In this document: one piece after another, positions 17,975 to 27,165 of the stretch | How positions within the stretch are numbered: position 1 is the first letter of the stretch | How the letters are laid out: each line of letters begins with the position of its first letter | Origin: Candidatus Anderseniibacteriota bacterium | Lineage (GTDB): Bacteria; Patescibacteriota; Andersenbacteria; UBA10190 | Reading direction: 5' to 3' | DNA: 64,000 nt | Assembly (NCBI GenBank): GCA_016197005.1 | Contig: JACPWO010000001.1 | Location: 87,266 to 151,265 of the forward strand | The notes under the pieces: generated by a model | Databases searched by the model: none | Seen by the model: the letters and a program-made list of their open reading frames with translations, nothing else | What the model was told of the DNA's origin: nothing | Made by a program: the position numbers and the translations under genes

Positions 17975-19720
17975 ATGGAAAAGATTACTGTTGTTGGACA
18001 AACAAATTTCCGCGGACAGCACCGTCCGTTCGGTATCTATGAGGACGATCGTCGTCGACACTTATATATCATCGGAAAAACTGGTGTCGGCAAAACTACG
18101 CTTATTGAAAACATGATTTTGCAGGACGTAGCGAACGGCAAAGGCGTTGCCCTCGTTGACCCACACGGAGACGTGGCTGAGCGTGTCCTTGAATCCATTC
18201 CACCAGAGCGCATCAATGACGTTATTTACTTTGATCCCGCTGACGTTGAACATCCCATTGCTTTTAACGTTCTGGAAGCAGTTGACCCACAGTACAAATA
18301 CCTAATCGCGTCAGGGCTCGTCAGCTCGCTTAAGAAAATATGGGCAGATTCATGGGGACCTCGGCTAGAGTACATTCTGCGTAATACAATTTTGGCACTC
18401 CTTGATTATCCTGGCAGCACGATGCTCGGGATCATGCGCCTGCTTGCGGATAAAGAGTACCGCAAGAAAGTAGTCGAGAAGATTCAGGATCCGGTAGTAA
18501 AGTCTTTTTGGATTAATGAGTTTGCCAATTACAACGAACGGTTCCGCTCTGAAGCTATTTCCCCAATTCAGAACAAGGTTGGACAGTTCTTGTCATCAGC
18601 CATCATTCGTAATATTGTGGCCCAGCCTAAAAGCACAATTGATATGAATGCGGTTATGAATGAAGGCAAGATTTTACTCATGAACGTTTCAAAAGGACGC
18701 ATCGGCGAGGATAACTCAGCTCTCCTAGGGGCTATGCTTATTACCAAGCTCCAACTAGCCGCCATGGACCGCGCTAAGATGCCAGAAGAAGAGCGTCGGG
18801 ATTTTTACCTCTACGTCGATGAGTTTCAAAACTTTGCAACTGAATCGTTTGCTACCATTTTGTCTGAAGCTCGTAAGTATCGCCTCAATCTCATCATTGC
18901 CCATCAGTACATTACACAGATGGAGGAAGAAGTGCGCGACGCCGTCTTCGGAAACGTCGGCACCCTTATCTGTTTCCGGATTGGTGCGTTTGACGCTGAG
19001 TTTCTGGAAGCGGAATTTGCTCCCGAATTTACTCCGGCCGATCTCGTAAACCTGGATAAATATAATGCGTACATAAAACTCATGATTAACGGCGTGACCA
19101 GCCCACCTTTTTCGATGCAAACAATTCCGCCTTCCAGTGAAACGTTTAACAGTCGTGAGAAGGTTATTAAAGTATCTCGAGAACGATATACCAACCCGCG
19201 TTCAGTGGTCGAGGAAAAAATTGCTCGCTGGAGTGGCCTAGCCTTCGAGGAAGAAGGGAAAGCGGCAGGACGAGACACGTACGAACGCCCACGCGAACAA
19301 CAGCGTCGCCGGCAAGAGCCACCAAGACAGGTACAAGTTAATGAAGCAAAGCTTGAAGACATTGTTATAAAGCCAAAAGAAGAAATTACTGACTTAGCAG
19401 CGCTCCTGCGTGGACCCCAAAACGAATCTCGTCCGCAGAACCCGCAGGGTGGGGAGAGAAAAAAGAGGCAAACCAAGTCGTATCCAGCCGTTTGTTCTGA
19501 CTGTAAAAAGAATACCGATGTACCTTTTAAACCAGATCCTGAGAAACCAGTATATTGCAAAGAATGTTTTGAGAAACGGAAAGCAGCGGGCACTCTTCCC
19601 CGCAAAGAAGAGAAAAAACCAGAGAATGTGCGTCAGAGTACACTCCAAAAACCTATTTCTCCTCCATCTCGCCCAGCGAGCGCCTTTACCGGACCCCCGC
19701 CACCCCCGCTGCCACAATAG
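17975..19720 (+). CDS. type IV coupling protein-like (TraD/TraG/VirD4-family, AAA-like) ATPase with C-terminal zinc ribbon
   Basis: Walker A IIGKTGVGKTT followed by the VALVDPHGD block, typical of the TrwB/TraG AAA-like domain. Walker B-like FYLYVDEFQNF. C-terminal CSDC-x17-CKEC and a Pro-rich tail. Confidence 0.6.
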   Translation: MEKITVVGQTNFRGQHRPFGIYEDDRRRHLYIIGKTGVGKTTLIENMILQDVANGKGVALVDPHGDVAERVLESIPPERINDVIYFDPADVEHPIAFNVLEAVDPQYKYLIASGLVSSLKKIWADSWGPRLEYILRNTILALLDYPGSTMLGIMRLLADKEYRKKVVEKIQDPVVKSFWINEFANYNERFRSEAISPIQNKVGQFLSSAIIRNIVAQPKSTIDMNAVMNEGKILLMNVSKGRIGEDNSALLGAMLITKLQLAAMDRAKMPEEERRDFYLYVDEFQNFATESFATILSEARKYRLNLIIAHQYITQMEEEVRDAVFGNVGTLICFRIGAFDAEFLEAEFAPEFTPADLVNLDKYNAYIKLMINGVTSPPFSMQTIPPSSETFNSREKVIKVSRERYTNPRSVVEEKIARWSGLAFEEEGKAAGRDTYERPREQQRRRQEPPRQVQVNEAKLEDIVIKPKEEITDLAALLRGPQNESRPQNPQGGERKKRQTKSYPAVCSDCKKNTDVPFKPDPEKPVYCKECFEKRKAAGTLPRKEEKKPENVRQSTLQKPISPPSRPASAFTGPPPPPLPQ

Positions 19721-19751
19721 GATTGTGGTATACTATTTTTGAAATTCCTTC

Positions 19752-20441
19752 ATGCGTTACGATATTACAGAAACGCGGCGTGTGCCGCTGGATCAACCTT
19801 TCGATTTTGAGGAAGACGCTAATTGGCGTGTCTTCCGGATCATGGCGGAATTTGTTGATGGCTTCGAGTTTCTCTATCCACTTCGTCGGGAAGTAACATT
19901 TTTTGGTTCGGCTCGTTTTCCTGAACATCACAAGTGGTATAAAGAAGCGCGTATTCTCGGCCGCATGCTCGCTGAGCACGGCTTCACCGTTATTACTGGT
20001 GGAGGCCCAGGGATTATGGAGGCAGGTAATAGGGGAGCGTATGAAGGTGGAGGACATTCCATTGGACTAGATATTGAATTACCCAATGAACAGCGTCGGA
20101 ATGCGTACGTAAAAAAAGGTATTGGCTTCCACTATTTTTTTATTCGCAAAGTAATGTTATCCGCGTCTGCTCAAGTGTATGTGTTTTTCCCCGGTGGATA
20201 CGGAACACTTGATGAGTTTTTTGAAATGATTACGCTCATTCAAACTAAAAAGATGGAGCCAGTACCAGTGGTGTGTGTTGGTAAAGAATACTGGGGTAAA
20301 TTAGATGCCTGGGTAAAAGAAGATTTAGTAGAAGCGTACGAGACGATTAATCCGGAGGATGTTTCACTGTATAAAATTGTGGATACGGCTGAGGAAGCCT
20401 TCGCGATTATTAAAGACTCCAAGGAACGAAAATACTTCTAA
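19752..20441 (+). CDS. LOG-family (TIGR00730) nucleotide 5'-monophosphate nucleosidase
   Basis: TFFGSARF...ITGGGPGIMEAGNRGA and the PGGYGTLDE motifs of the LOG/YgdH family. Confidence 0.8.
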   Translation: MRYDITETRRVPLDQPFDFEEDANWRVFRIMAEFVDGFEFLYPLRREVTFFGSARFPEHHKWYKEARILGRMLAEHGFTVITGGGPGIMEAGNRGAYEGGGHSIGLDIELPNEQRRNAYVKKGIGFHYFFIRKVMLSASAQVYVFFPGGYGTLDEFFEMITLIQTKKMEPVPVVCVGKEYWGKLDAWVKEDLVEAYETINPEDVSLYKIVDTAEEAFAIIKDSKERKYF

Positions 20442-20668
20442 CAAAAGAAAAACCGCACTTGGGAATGCGGTTGAAATAGATACGCCGAGGAGAGAGGGGG
20501 TCCTATCAGGAGCGTCCAAAGCGGTCTGATGCCTTCGTGCACCCAGGCAATAAAACTTTTTCGCCCAGAGTCGATAAGCAAGCGATATTGGTCCCAGTTA
20601 CCGTCAGATAGATTGATTGAATCAATTCCACTTGTTCCAACCTCCTGAGTAATAAGTAGCGCTTTCAT
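20438..20668 (-). CDS. small hypothetical protein (76 aa from MKALL...)
   Basis: ATG preceded by AAGGGAG six nt upstream. Its last codons run into a minus-strand terminator hairpin. No homology recognised. Confidence 0.3.
   Translation of the reverse strand: MKALLITQEVGTSGIDSINLSDGNWDQYRLLIDSGRKSFIAWVHEGIRPLWTLLIGPPLSSAYLFQPHSQVRFFFC
20441..20472 (-). terminator. rho-independent terminator (minus strand)
   Basis: AACCGCA-cttgggaa-TGCGGTT hairpin followed on the minus strand by TTTTCTTTTGTT. Confidence 0.45.
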
Positions 20669-20730
20669 GTTCACTCCCTTTATCAATGTGCATTGAATTC
20701 TGCCCAGCGCTATAGTACGAAAGAAGCACT

Positions 20731-22515
20731 ATGAACGCAAAACATATTACAAGCAACGAACTGCGCGAGTTGTATCAGAAGTTTTTTGAATCAAAGGGGC
20801 ATACGCGGATTCCCTCAGCCCCCCTCGTACCAGAAAATGATCCGTCAGTTTTGTTTACAACCGCCGGCATGCATCCACTCGTTCCCTATCTCAAAGGACA
20901 ACCGCATCCGGCCGGGAAACGCCTCACGGATGTTCAAAAATGCCTGAGAACGACGGATATAGAAGAGGTGGGAGATACTACTCATGCCACTGTCTTTGAG
21001 ATGTTGGGTAACTGGTCACTAGGTGATTATTTTAAGAAAGATGCTATTACTTGGAGTTATGAATTTTTAACTGGGAAGGAATGGCTTGGACTGGATGTGA
21101 AACGGCTGGCTGTGAGCGTATTTGCCGGTGATGATGATTCACCACGCGATGAAGAATCTGCTTCAGTTTGGAAATCGCTTGGCATTTCCGAAGATCGAAT
21201 TGCGTATTTAGGGAAAGAAGATAATTGGTGGCCAGCTGGTGGTAAGCAACCTGGGCCCCAAGGGCCAGATACCGAAATGTTTTACTGGGTCGGGGAGGAC
21301 GAAGCGCCACAAGTCTTTGAGCCGAGTAATAAGAAGTGGGTGGAAATTTGGAATGACGTCTTCATGCAGTTTGACCGCAAGGCGGACGGCTCATATGAAG
21401 AACTCCCGCAACAAAACGTAGATACTGGTATGGGACTTGAGCGTACAGTAATGGTCTTGAATGGTTTGACCTCTATATACGATATCGACAGCTTTACACT
21501 TCTTATGAAGCATGTAGACGCATACACAAAGACCTCGAATGAACGGGCTCGTCGGATGCTGGCCGATCATATTAAAGCCGCCACTTTTGTATTGGGAGAT
21601 AATCAACCCGTTGTACCCGACACAAAAGATCAAGGGTATGTTCTGCGTCGCCTAATTCGTCGTGCCGTCCTAGCTCTTCGTGAACTGGGAGTAACTGAAA
21701 ATGCGAGCGAAGTGTTATCTGCTGGCGCTGCGATTATAATTAGCGAGTACGGTGCGGCTTATCCATCGCTTCAGCAACACGCCACTCATATTTCTGAGCA
21801 ACTAAAGAAGGAAATAGACAAGTTTGATACTGCACTCGATCGCGCCCTTCGTGAATTTGATAGAATTGCCCGCAGTAAATCCTCTGGTAATACTATTGCC
21901 AGTGTTGATGTATTTCGTCTGTACGAGGCCTACGGCCTGCCAGTAGAAATCACCCAGGAACTGGCACAAAAGGCTGGGCTGACACTTGATCTTACCGGAT
22001 TTAAAGAGGCGTTATCTGCTCACCAAGCAAAATCTCGCACGGCGGCCGCTGGGAAATTTAAAGGAGGTCTTGCTGATCATTCTGAAAAGTCGGTTCACTA
22101 CCATACCGCCACTCACTTACTTCATCAGGCTCTGCGCACCGTGTTGGGTGATCACGTATTACAACGTGGCAGCAATATTACACCTGAACGTCTCCGTTTT
22201 GATTTTTCACATCCCAACAAAATGACTCCTGATCAGATTAAAGCCGTTGAAGATTTGGTGAATCAGAAAATTCAAGAAAAGATGTTAGTAACACGCGAAG
22301 AAATGACGGTGGAGGAAGCAAAGAAACGAGGGGCACTTGGTCTGTTTGAGCACAAGTACGGCGATAAAGTGAGTGTATATACAATGGGAGATTTTTCCTG
22401 TGAGATTTGTGGTGGGCCGCACGTAGCTAATACTGGAGAGTTGGGAATGTTTAGGATAAAAAAAGAAGAGTCTGCCAGTGCAGGAATTAGACGTATTAAG
22501 GCTATCCTCGGGTAA
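20731..22515 (+). CDS. alaS: alanine--tRNA ligase (short form lacking the C-terminal C-Ala/DHHA1 domain)
   Basis: Class II AlaRS catalytic N-terminus (LFTTAGMHPL, FEMLGNWS) and editing-domain HxxxH...CGG motifs (HTATHLLHQAL, CGGPHV). The ORF ends right after the editing domain at 594 aa. Confidence 0.85.
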   Translation: MNAKHITSNELRELYQKFFESKGHTRIPSAPLVPENDPSVLFTTAGMHPLVPYLKGQPHPAGKRLTDVQKCLRTTDIEEVGDTTHATVFEMLGNWSLGDYFKKDAITWSYEFLTGKEWLGLDVKRLAVSVFAGDDDSPRDEESASVWKSLGISEDRIAYLGKEDNWWPAGGKQPGPQGPDTEMFYWVGEDEAPQVFEPSNKKWVEIWNDVFMQFDRKADGSYEELPQQNVDTGMGLERTVMVLNGLTSIYDIDSFTLLMKHVDAYTKTSNERARRMLADHIKAATFVLGDNQPVVPDTKDQGYVLRRLIRRAVLALRELGVTENASEVLSAGAAIIISEYGAAYPSLQQHATHISEQLKKEIDKFDTALDRALREFDRIARSKSSGNTIASVDVFRLYEAYGLPVEITQELAQKAGLTLDLTGFKEALSAHQAKSRTAAAGKFKGGLADHSEKSVHYHTATHLLHQALRTVLGDHVLQRGSNITPERLRFDFSHPNKMTPDQIKAVEDLVNQKIQEKMLVTREEMTVEEAKKRGALGLFEHKYGDKVSVYTMGDFSCEICGGPHVANTGELGMFRIKKEESASAGIRRIKAILG

Positions 22516-22521
22516 CTGTCC

Positions 22522-22551
22522 TTGACAAATTCGTAATATTAGGTATATAAT
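22522..22551 (+). promoter_or_regulatory. near-consensus sigma70 promoter
   Basis: TTGACA at 22522-22527, a 16-18 nt spacer, then TATATAAT at 22544-22551. Followed by AGGAGA and the ATG at 22601. Confidence 0.5.
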
Positions 22552-22600
22552 AACAGGGTTTCAGTTGCTCTATACAATCAATAACCTATAGGAGAAACCC

Positions 22601-22792
22601 ATGAGAATGCTACGGGCGTGGTGGGAGCTGGCGGGATGCTTCGGCATTGTGGTGGGGTATGGACTTAGGGACGCTATTCAGGGTAAGTGGACGGTGGCCT
22701 CTGCTACCGTTGCCACTGGGCTCGTCCTTAGTGGCGTAATAGTCGGCATTATCCTACTTACCTCTATTCAGATCCTTGGTCTGAAGATCTGA
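22601..22792 (+). CDS. small hydrophobic two-helix membrane peptide (63 aa)
   Basis: Strong promoter plus AGGAGA RBS, two predicted TM helices, and its own downstream terminator. Confidence 0.45.
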   Translation: MRMLRAWWELAGCFGIVVGYGLRDAIQGKWTVASATVATGLVLSGVIVGIILLTSIQILGLKI

Positions 22793-22818
22793 ATAGAGTT
22801 GAAGCAAACGCTTCCGTA

Positions 22819-22862
22819 AGAACCCCTTCCCAGCGTGGGATGCGTTAAGGGTTCTTTTTCTT
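22819..22862 (+). terminator. rho-independent terminator
   Basis: AGAACCC...GGGTTCT stem with an inner CCCA/TGGG hairpin, followed by TTTTTCTT. Confidence 0.6.
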
Positions 22863-22907
22863 ACCTAATTTCATCGGGTTGGCTCAGCTTCTCATTGTGC
22901 TACACTA

Positions 22908-24353
22908 GTGCTAATGCAAGATATTAGGCCAAATAAACCGAAGGATTCAAAAGAGCCATTTACTCCACCGGAGAGTCTTCCTAGTCCAAAGCAGTTGTAC
23001 ACAAAACCACCGAAAAAATTACCTGGTGCGAAAGTTCCTGTTGCTGCATTAAATGTTCCCAAACTTGTACCGAAAAAAACGAGTAGCCCTAAGTTACTAA
23101 CTGGGGCTGTTGAAAAATTAAAAGCTGCTTCCATTTCTCGACCTACTTCAAAACCAGTTACTTCTTCTGCTAATCAATTCAAAAATGTAACTCCCGTTGT
23201 TCGCACGAAATCCAAAACAACCTCTATGCGTTTAGGTGGTAGAGAGCGAAAGCTTATTGCTGTTATCAGCGGCCTTATAATTGTTGTCTTGGGTCTGGCT
23301 GTTTATTTATTCTTACCCAAAGCGACCATTACTTTAGCGCTCAAAACTGCCCCACTTCTGCTCGACGAAACCTTAACGCTGCAGCAAACAGATAATCCGC
23401 AGACAGGTGTTATTCCCGCAACCGTATTTTCTCGAGAAGTTCATGTTGAAGGAGCCGCACCGGTAACCAGCACCGAAACGGTTGGCGCTAAAGCTACTGG
23501 TGTTGCTCGGATTGTGAACGGAACTATTGATGAACAGAAAATTAAAGAACGTAGTCGCCTTGTAACTGAGGATGGCACACTTTTTTACATGCAGACTCAT
23601 GCCATTATTCCTCCACAAGGAGCAGTTACCGTAGCAATTGAAGCAGACTTAGCAGGCGAAGGGGGAAATATTGAGCCGCAGCGACTAAATTTCGCTGCGC
23701 TCGATACGGCTTCTCAGTCTCTTGTATATGCTATGGTCGACACGAAGCTTACAGGTGGAAGTGGAGAGCAAGTATTAGTTGTGCGAGAAGCTGATCTCAC
23801 CGCTGCTCGCGAAAGTGCCGGAGCTACAGCTAAAACACAGATTGAGCAAGAAATTCGAGCACAATTAACAGATGAGTTCACCATTTTGGAGGAAAGCTGG
23901 ACTGGTGAAATTAAGGCATTTGAAACAGACGCGAAGGAAGGAACACAGCAAGAGGCAATTCCATATAAAGCTGATGTAGCAGTGCGTGTATTTGCCTATA
24001 AAGAAACTGCTCTAGAAGAATCCCTCCGCGGTGCCCTCGAAGCTCGACTAGACGACGAATACATGCTGTTCCCAGAGCCTATCTCCTACACAAAGTCCGT
24101 GGGTAACGTAGACTGGGAAAAGGGAGAGGCTGACCTCAACGTTCGGGTGACGCACACCACTATCCCAACCTTTTCGATCGATACACTCCAAGAAAAACTG
24201 GCTGGACGAAGTGAAGAAGAGGCTCGCAGTTACCTTGAAAGTCTGCCGGGAGTAGAAGGAGTAGAAGTTAAACTTTCTCCTTTCTGGGCCCTCGGAATTC
24301 CTCGCATTGAAAAGCGAATTGAGGTAAATCTGGTATCCGACCGCCAACCGTAA
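22908..24353 (+). CDS. hypothetical membrane protein with Lys/Pro-rich disordered N-terminus, one TM helix and a large extracytoplasmic domain
   Basis: Compositionally biased N-terminus, a TM segment (LIAVISGLIIVVLGLAVYLFL), then ~340 aa of mixed domain. No motifs recognised. Confidence 0.45.
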   Translation: MLMQDIRPNKPKDSKEPFTPPESLPSPKQLYTKPPKKLPGAKVPVAALNVPKLVPKKTSSPKLLTGAVEKLKAASISRPTSKPVTSSANQFKNVTPVVRTKSKTTSMRLGGRERKLIAVISGLIIVVLGLAVYLFLPKATITLALKTAPLLLDETLTLQQTDNPQTGVIPATVFSREVHVEGAAPVTSTETVGAKATGVARIVNGTIDEQKIKERSRLVTEDGTLFYMQTHAIIPPQGAVTVAIEADLAGEGGNIEPQRLNFAALDTASQSLVYAMVDTKLTGGSGEQVLVVREADLTAARESAGATAKTQIEQEIRAQLTDEFTILEESWTGEIKAFETDAKEGTQQEAIPYKADVAVRVFAYKETALEESLRGALEARLDDEYMLFPEPISYTKSVGNVDWEKGEADLNVRVTHTTIPTFSIDTLQEKLAGRSEEEARSYLESLPGVEGVEVKLSPFWALGIPRIEKRIEVNLVSDRQP

Positions 24354-24363
24354 GAAGGCCTGT

Positions 24364-24392
24364 TTGACAAGTAAACGGGGGCTTGGTAAGGT
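24364..24392 (+). promoter_or_regulatory. candidate promoter of the infA-rpmJ-rpsM-rpsK-rpsD-rpoA-rplQ operon
   Basis: TTGACA at 24364-24369, a 17-nt spacer, then TAAGGT. Sits just after the upstream gene's stop. Confidence 0.35.
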
Positions 24393-24438
24393 ACTTTTAC
24401 TGCACCGCAAGACCTTGGAATGAGCAGCTTTTAATGGT

Positions 24439-24705
24439 TTGCTTATAGGCTCTGCGTGGTGCGGAGCATTTATTTTTAAGGCACATTTTCTGTCAAAACA
24501 GGACACAGTCGAAGTTGAGGGCGAAGTAACGGAGACTCTTCCAAACACGCAATTTCGTATAACGCTAGATAGTGGTCATGAAATTATCGGCCATCTTTCC
24601 GGAAGAATGCGAATGCATCGAATTCGGGTTATGCCCGGCGATCGTGTAAAGGTTGCAATGTCACCCTATGATCTCTCTAAAGGCAGAATAACAGTGCGAA
24701 TGTAA
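24439..24705 (+). CDS. infA: translation initiation factor IF-1
   Basis: Aligns with IF-1 over [61 protein letters not shown]. The TTG start is uncertain and the true start may be about 50 nt downstream. Confidence 0.75.
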   Translation: MLIGSAWCGAFIFKAHFLSKQDTVEVEGEVTETLPNTQFRITLDSGHEIIGHLSGRMRMHRIRVMPGDRVKVAMSPYDLSKGRITVRM

Positions 24706-24714
24706 TATTGAGGT

Positions 24715-24828
24715 ATGAAAGTACGCGCATCCGCCAAGAAAATATGTGCTAAGTGCAAGATCGTCCGTCGTAAAGGACGCGTGCATGTTATTTGCGAAAA
24801 CCCGAAACATAAGCAACGACAAGGATAA
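24715..24828 (+). CDS. rpmJ: 50S ribosomal protein L36
   Basis: 37-aa [40 protein letters not shown], a near-identical pattern to bacterial L36. Below the 60-aa cutoff of the ORF track. Confidence 0.8.
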   Translation: MKVRASAKKICAKCKIVRRKGRVHVICENPKHKQRQG

Positions 24829-24830
24829 TT

Positions 24831-25220
24831 ATGATTCGTATTGCCGGCATTAATATTCCAGATAACAAACGAGCAGTGATTGGTCTCACCGCTGTGTATG
24901 GTATTGGCAAGAGTTTAAGTGCTCGTATTCTGCGCGAACTTAGTATTTCCGAAAATGTAAAAGTTAAAGATCTTACTAGCGCAGAAGAGCAGAAGATTCG
25001 CGAATATATTGAGTCCAAGATCAAAGTAGAAGGAGAACTTCGTCGCGAAGTTACTATGAATATTAAGCACCACAAAGATATCGGTAGCTGGCGGGGACAA
25101 AGACACAGTAAGCATTTACCAGTTCGTGGTCAGCGCACCAAGACAAATTCTCGTACCGTTCGTGGAAATACTCGTAAAACAGCTGGCAGCGGACGTCGTC
25201 CATCAGCTGAGAAAACGTAA
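24831..25220 (+). CDS. rpsM: 30S ribosomal protein S13
   Basis: MIRIAGINIPDNKRAVIGLTAVYGIG and the C-terminal basic tail. Confidence 0.9.
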   Translation: MIRIAGINIPDNKRAVIGLTAVYGIGKSLSARILRELSISENVKVKDLTSAEEQKIREYIESKIKVEGELRREVTMNIKHHKDIGSWRGQRHSKHLPVRGQRTKTNSRTVRGNTRKTAGSGRRPSAEKT

Positions 25221-25228
25221 TCCTCTTT

Positions 25229-25627
25229 ATGGCTACTACACCGGCAACAAATCCGAAGAAAAAGAAAACACGTTCTCGCAAAGTACCGCAGGGAGTGGTC
25301 TTCATTCAATCTACCTACAACAATACTATTGTTTCAGTCACTGACCTTACGGGTAACGTATTGGTTCAAAGCAGCGCTGGTCGAGCCGGATTTGCCGGTG
25401 CTCGCAAAGGCACTCCTTTTGCCGCCCAACAGGCAGTGGGCGAAGCCTTGGAGCGCTTAAAGCCATATGGCCTAACCGAGGCACATATTCGCGTAAAAGG
25501 AATTGGAAGTGCTCGTGATTCTGCTATTCGCTCGCTTGGTGCCGCTGGTATTACCATTTTATCTATTCGTGATTTAACTCCTATCCCACACAACGGCGTT
25601 CGTCCGCGTAAACGTCGTCGTGTCTAA
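25229..25627 (+). CDS. rpsK: 30S ribosomal protein S11
   Basis: S11 signature (GVVFIQSTYNNTIVSVTDLTGN ... ITILSIRDLTPIPHNG). Confidence 0.9.
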   Translation: MATTPATNPKKKKTRSRKVPQGVVFIQSTYNNTIVSVTDLTGNVLVQSSAGRAGFAGARKGTPFAAQQAVGEALERLKPYGLTEAHIRVKGIGSARDSAIRSLGAAGITILSIRDLTPIPHNGVRPRKRRRV

Positions 25628-25635
25628 TTTTTCTT

Positions 25636-26160
25636 ATGCCTTTTAACCCCCAGCAATCTCAGCAAAAGCGTCGTCGACCACGAAGTCGATATGGGACTCA
25701 GCTGCAAGAAAAACAGCAACTGAAAGAGATTTTTGGTATTCGCGAAGGACAACTCAAGCGATACTTCTTTTCTGCTCGTCGTGCTCGTGGAGAGACTGGT
25801 CCTCGTATGATCAGCATGCTGGAAAGTCGCCTCGATAACGCTATTTTCCGCGCTGGTTTTGCGCAGACTCGTGCTCAAGCTCGGCAGATGGCTTCACACC
25901 GTTTCTTTTCAGTGAACGGACATGCTGTAAATATTCCATCGTACCAACTGAAAAAAGGTGATGTGGTACAGGTTCGCGAAACTAAGAAAAGTGCTTCCTA
26001 CTTTAGTAACTTTGATAAACGTATGCAGAATGTTCGTCCACCGTCTTGGATTTCACTTAATCCAGCGGAGTTTGGTTTTACGATTACCGGCGTCCCCACT
26101 CATGAGGAGGCTAATTTAGGGGTCGATATCCGGGCAATCGTCGAGTTCTTTGCTCGTTAA
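25636..26160 (+). CDS. rpsD: 30S ribosomal protein S4 (short form lacking the N-terminal zinc-finger region)
   Basis: S4 domain LESRLDNAIFRAGFAQTRAQARQMASHRFFSVNG. Confidence 0.85.
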   Translation: MPFNPQQSQQKRRRPRSRYGTQLQEKQQLKEIFGIREGQLKRYFFSARRARGETGPRMISMLESRLDNAIFRAGFAQTRAQARQMASHRFFSVNGHAVNIPSYQLKKGDVVQVRETKKSASYFSNFDKRMQNVRPPSWISLNPAEFGFTITGVPTHEEANLGVDIRAIVEFFAR

Positions 26161-26187
26161 GCATTATCTCTTAAGCGCTATTTATCT

Positions 26188-27165
26188 ATGTTAGAGCCAA
26201 TTTACTTACCAGATTCGGTTACGGCTGAGGAAGAGGGTAAAAATACCGCCCGCTTCACCATCCAACCATATTATCCGGGCTACGGCCCAACTGTCGGCAA
26301 TGCCTTACGGCGTGTGCTGCTTTCTTCATTGCCAGGTGCTGCTGTTACGCAAATGCGTATTGCTGGAGCTGACCATGAATTCTCAACGATCGAAGGCGTA
26401 AAGGAAGATTTATTGAATATTATGCTCAATATTAAAGGCATACGCGTATCCAGCGAAGTTGATGAGCCGGTAGAAATTCGCCTCACTGTGAGCGGTGAAA
26501 AGAAAGCCAAAGCAGGAGATTTTAAAACTCCTCCGAAAGTTACAATTTCAAATGTTAACCACCACATCGCTACCCTGACCGATAAAAAGGCAAGCCTCGA
26601 TATTATCTGCACCGTGGAGCGTGGTCGTGGCTATGTTCCATCAGAAGCGCAAGCTTCTAAAGAACGTCCGATTGGCACAATTGCCTTAGATGCCGCCTTC
26701 ACTCCAGTTGAGCGCGTCAGTTACACGCTTGAGAACGTTCGTGTTGGACAGGAGACAGATTATCATGCTTTGAAAATGATTATTACGACTGACGGCACTA
26801 TCACTCCAGAACAAGCATTACGACAAGCCGCTTCTATTCTAAAAGATCACTTTGCGGAACTTACGGGTGACTTCGCAACTAAACTAACAGCGGAACGTGT
26901 AGCCGAAGTTCCGGTTGAAGAAACTCCAGAGGAGACTCCTATTCCTAAGAACACTTTGAATCTGTTGCAGCTACCTTCTCGCGTTCACAATGCACTCGAG
27001 CGAGTTGGCATTACGACAGTGGAACAAGTTCTCGACCTGACGGATGAACAGATCCGCGACATTCCTGGCCTTGGCGTAAAAGCAGTCGAGGATTTAACTG
27101 GTGCTCGCGAGGATTATATCAAGCGTCAAAATAAGACTACTGAAGAAACAAGCAATGAAGCATAG
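26188..27165 (+). CDS. rpoA: DNA-directed RNA polymerase alpha subunit
   Basis: Alpha N-terminal domain (GYGPTVGNALRRVLLSSLPGAAVT) plus C-terminal helix-hairpin-helix CTD. Confidence 0.9.
   Translation: MLEPIYLPDSVTAEEEGKNTARFTIQPYYPGYGPTVGNALRRVLLSSLPGAAVTQMRIAGADHEFSTIEGVKEDLLNIMLNIKGIRVSSEVDEPVEIRLTVSGEKKAKAGDFKTPPKVTISNVNHHIATLTDKKASLDIICTVERGRGYVPSEAQASKERPIGTIALDAAFTPVERVSYTLENVRVGQETDYHALKMIITTDGTITPEQALRQAASILKDHFAELTGDFATKLTAERVAEVPVEETPEETPIPKNTLNLLQLPSRVHNALERVGITTVEQVLDLTDEQIRDIPGLGVKAVEDLTGAREDYIKRQNKTTEETSNEA

Noticed and set aside
18904-19605. 233-aa ORF antisense to the T4CP-like ATPase gene
   Set aside because: Ser/Arg/Cys-rich low-complexity translation typical of the reverse strand of a real gene. 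No start context.
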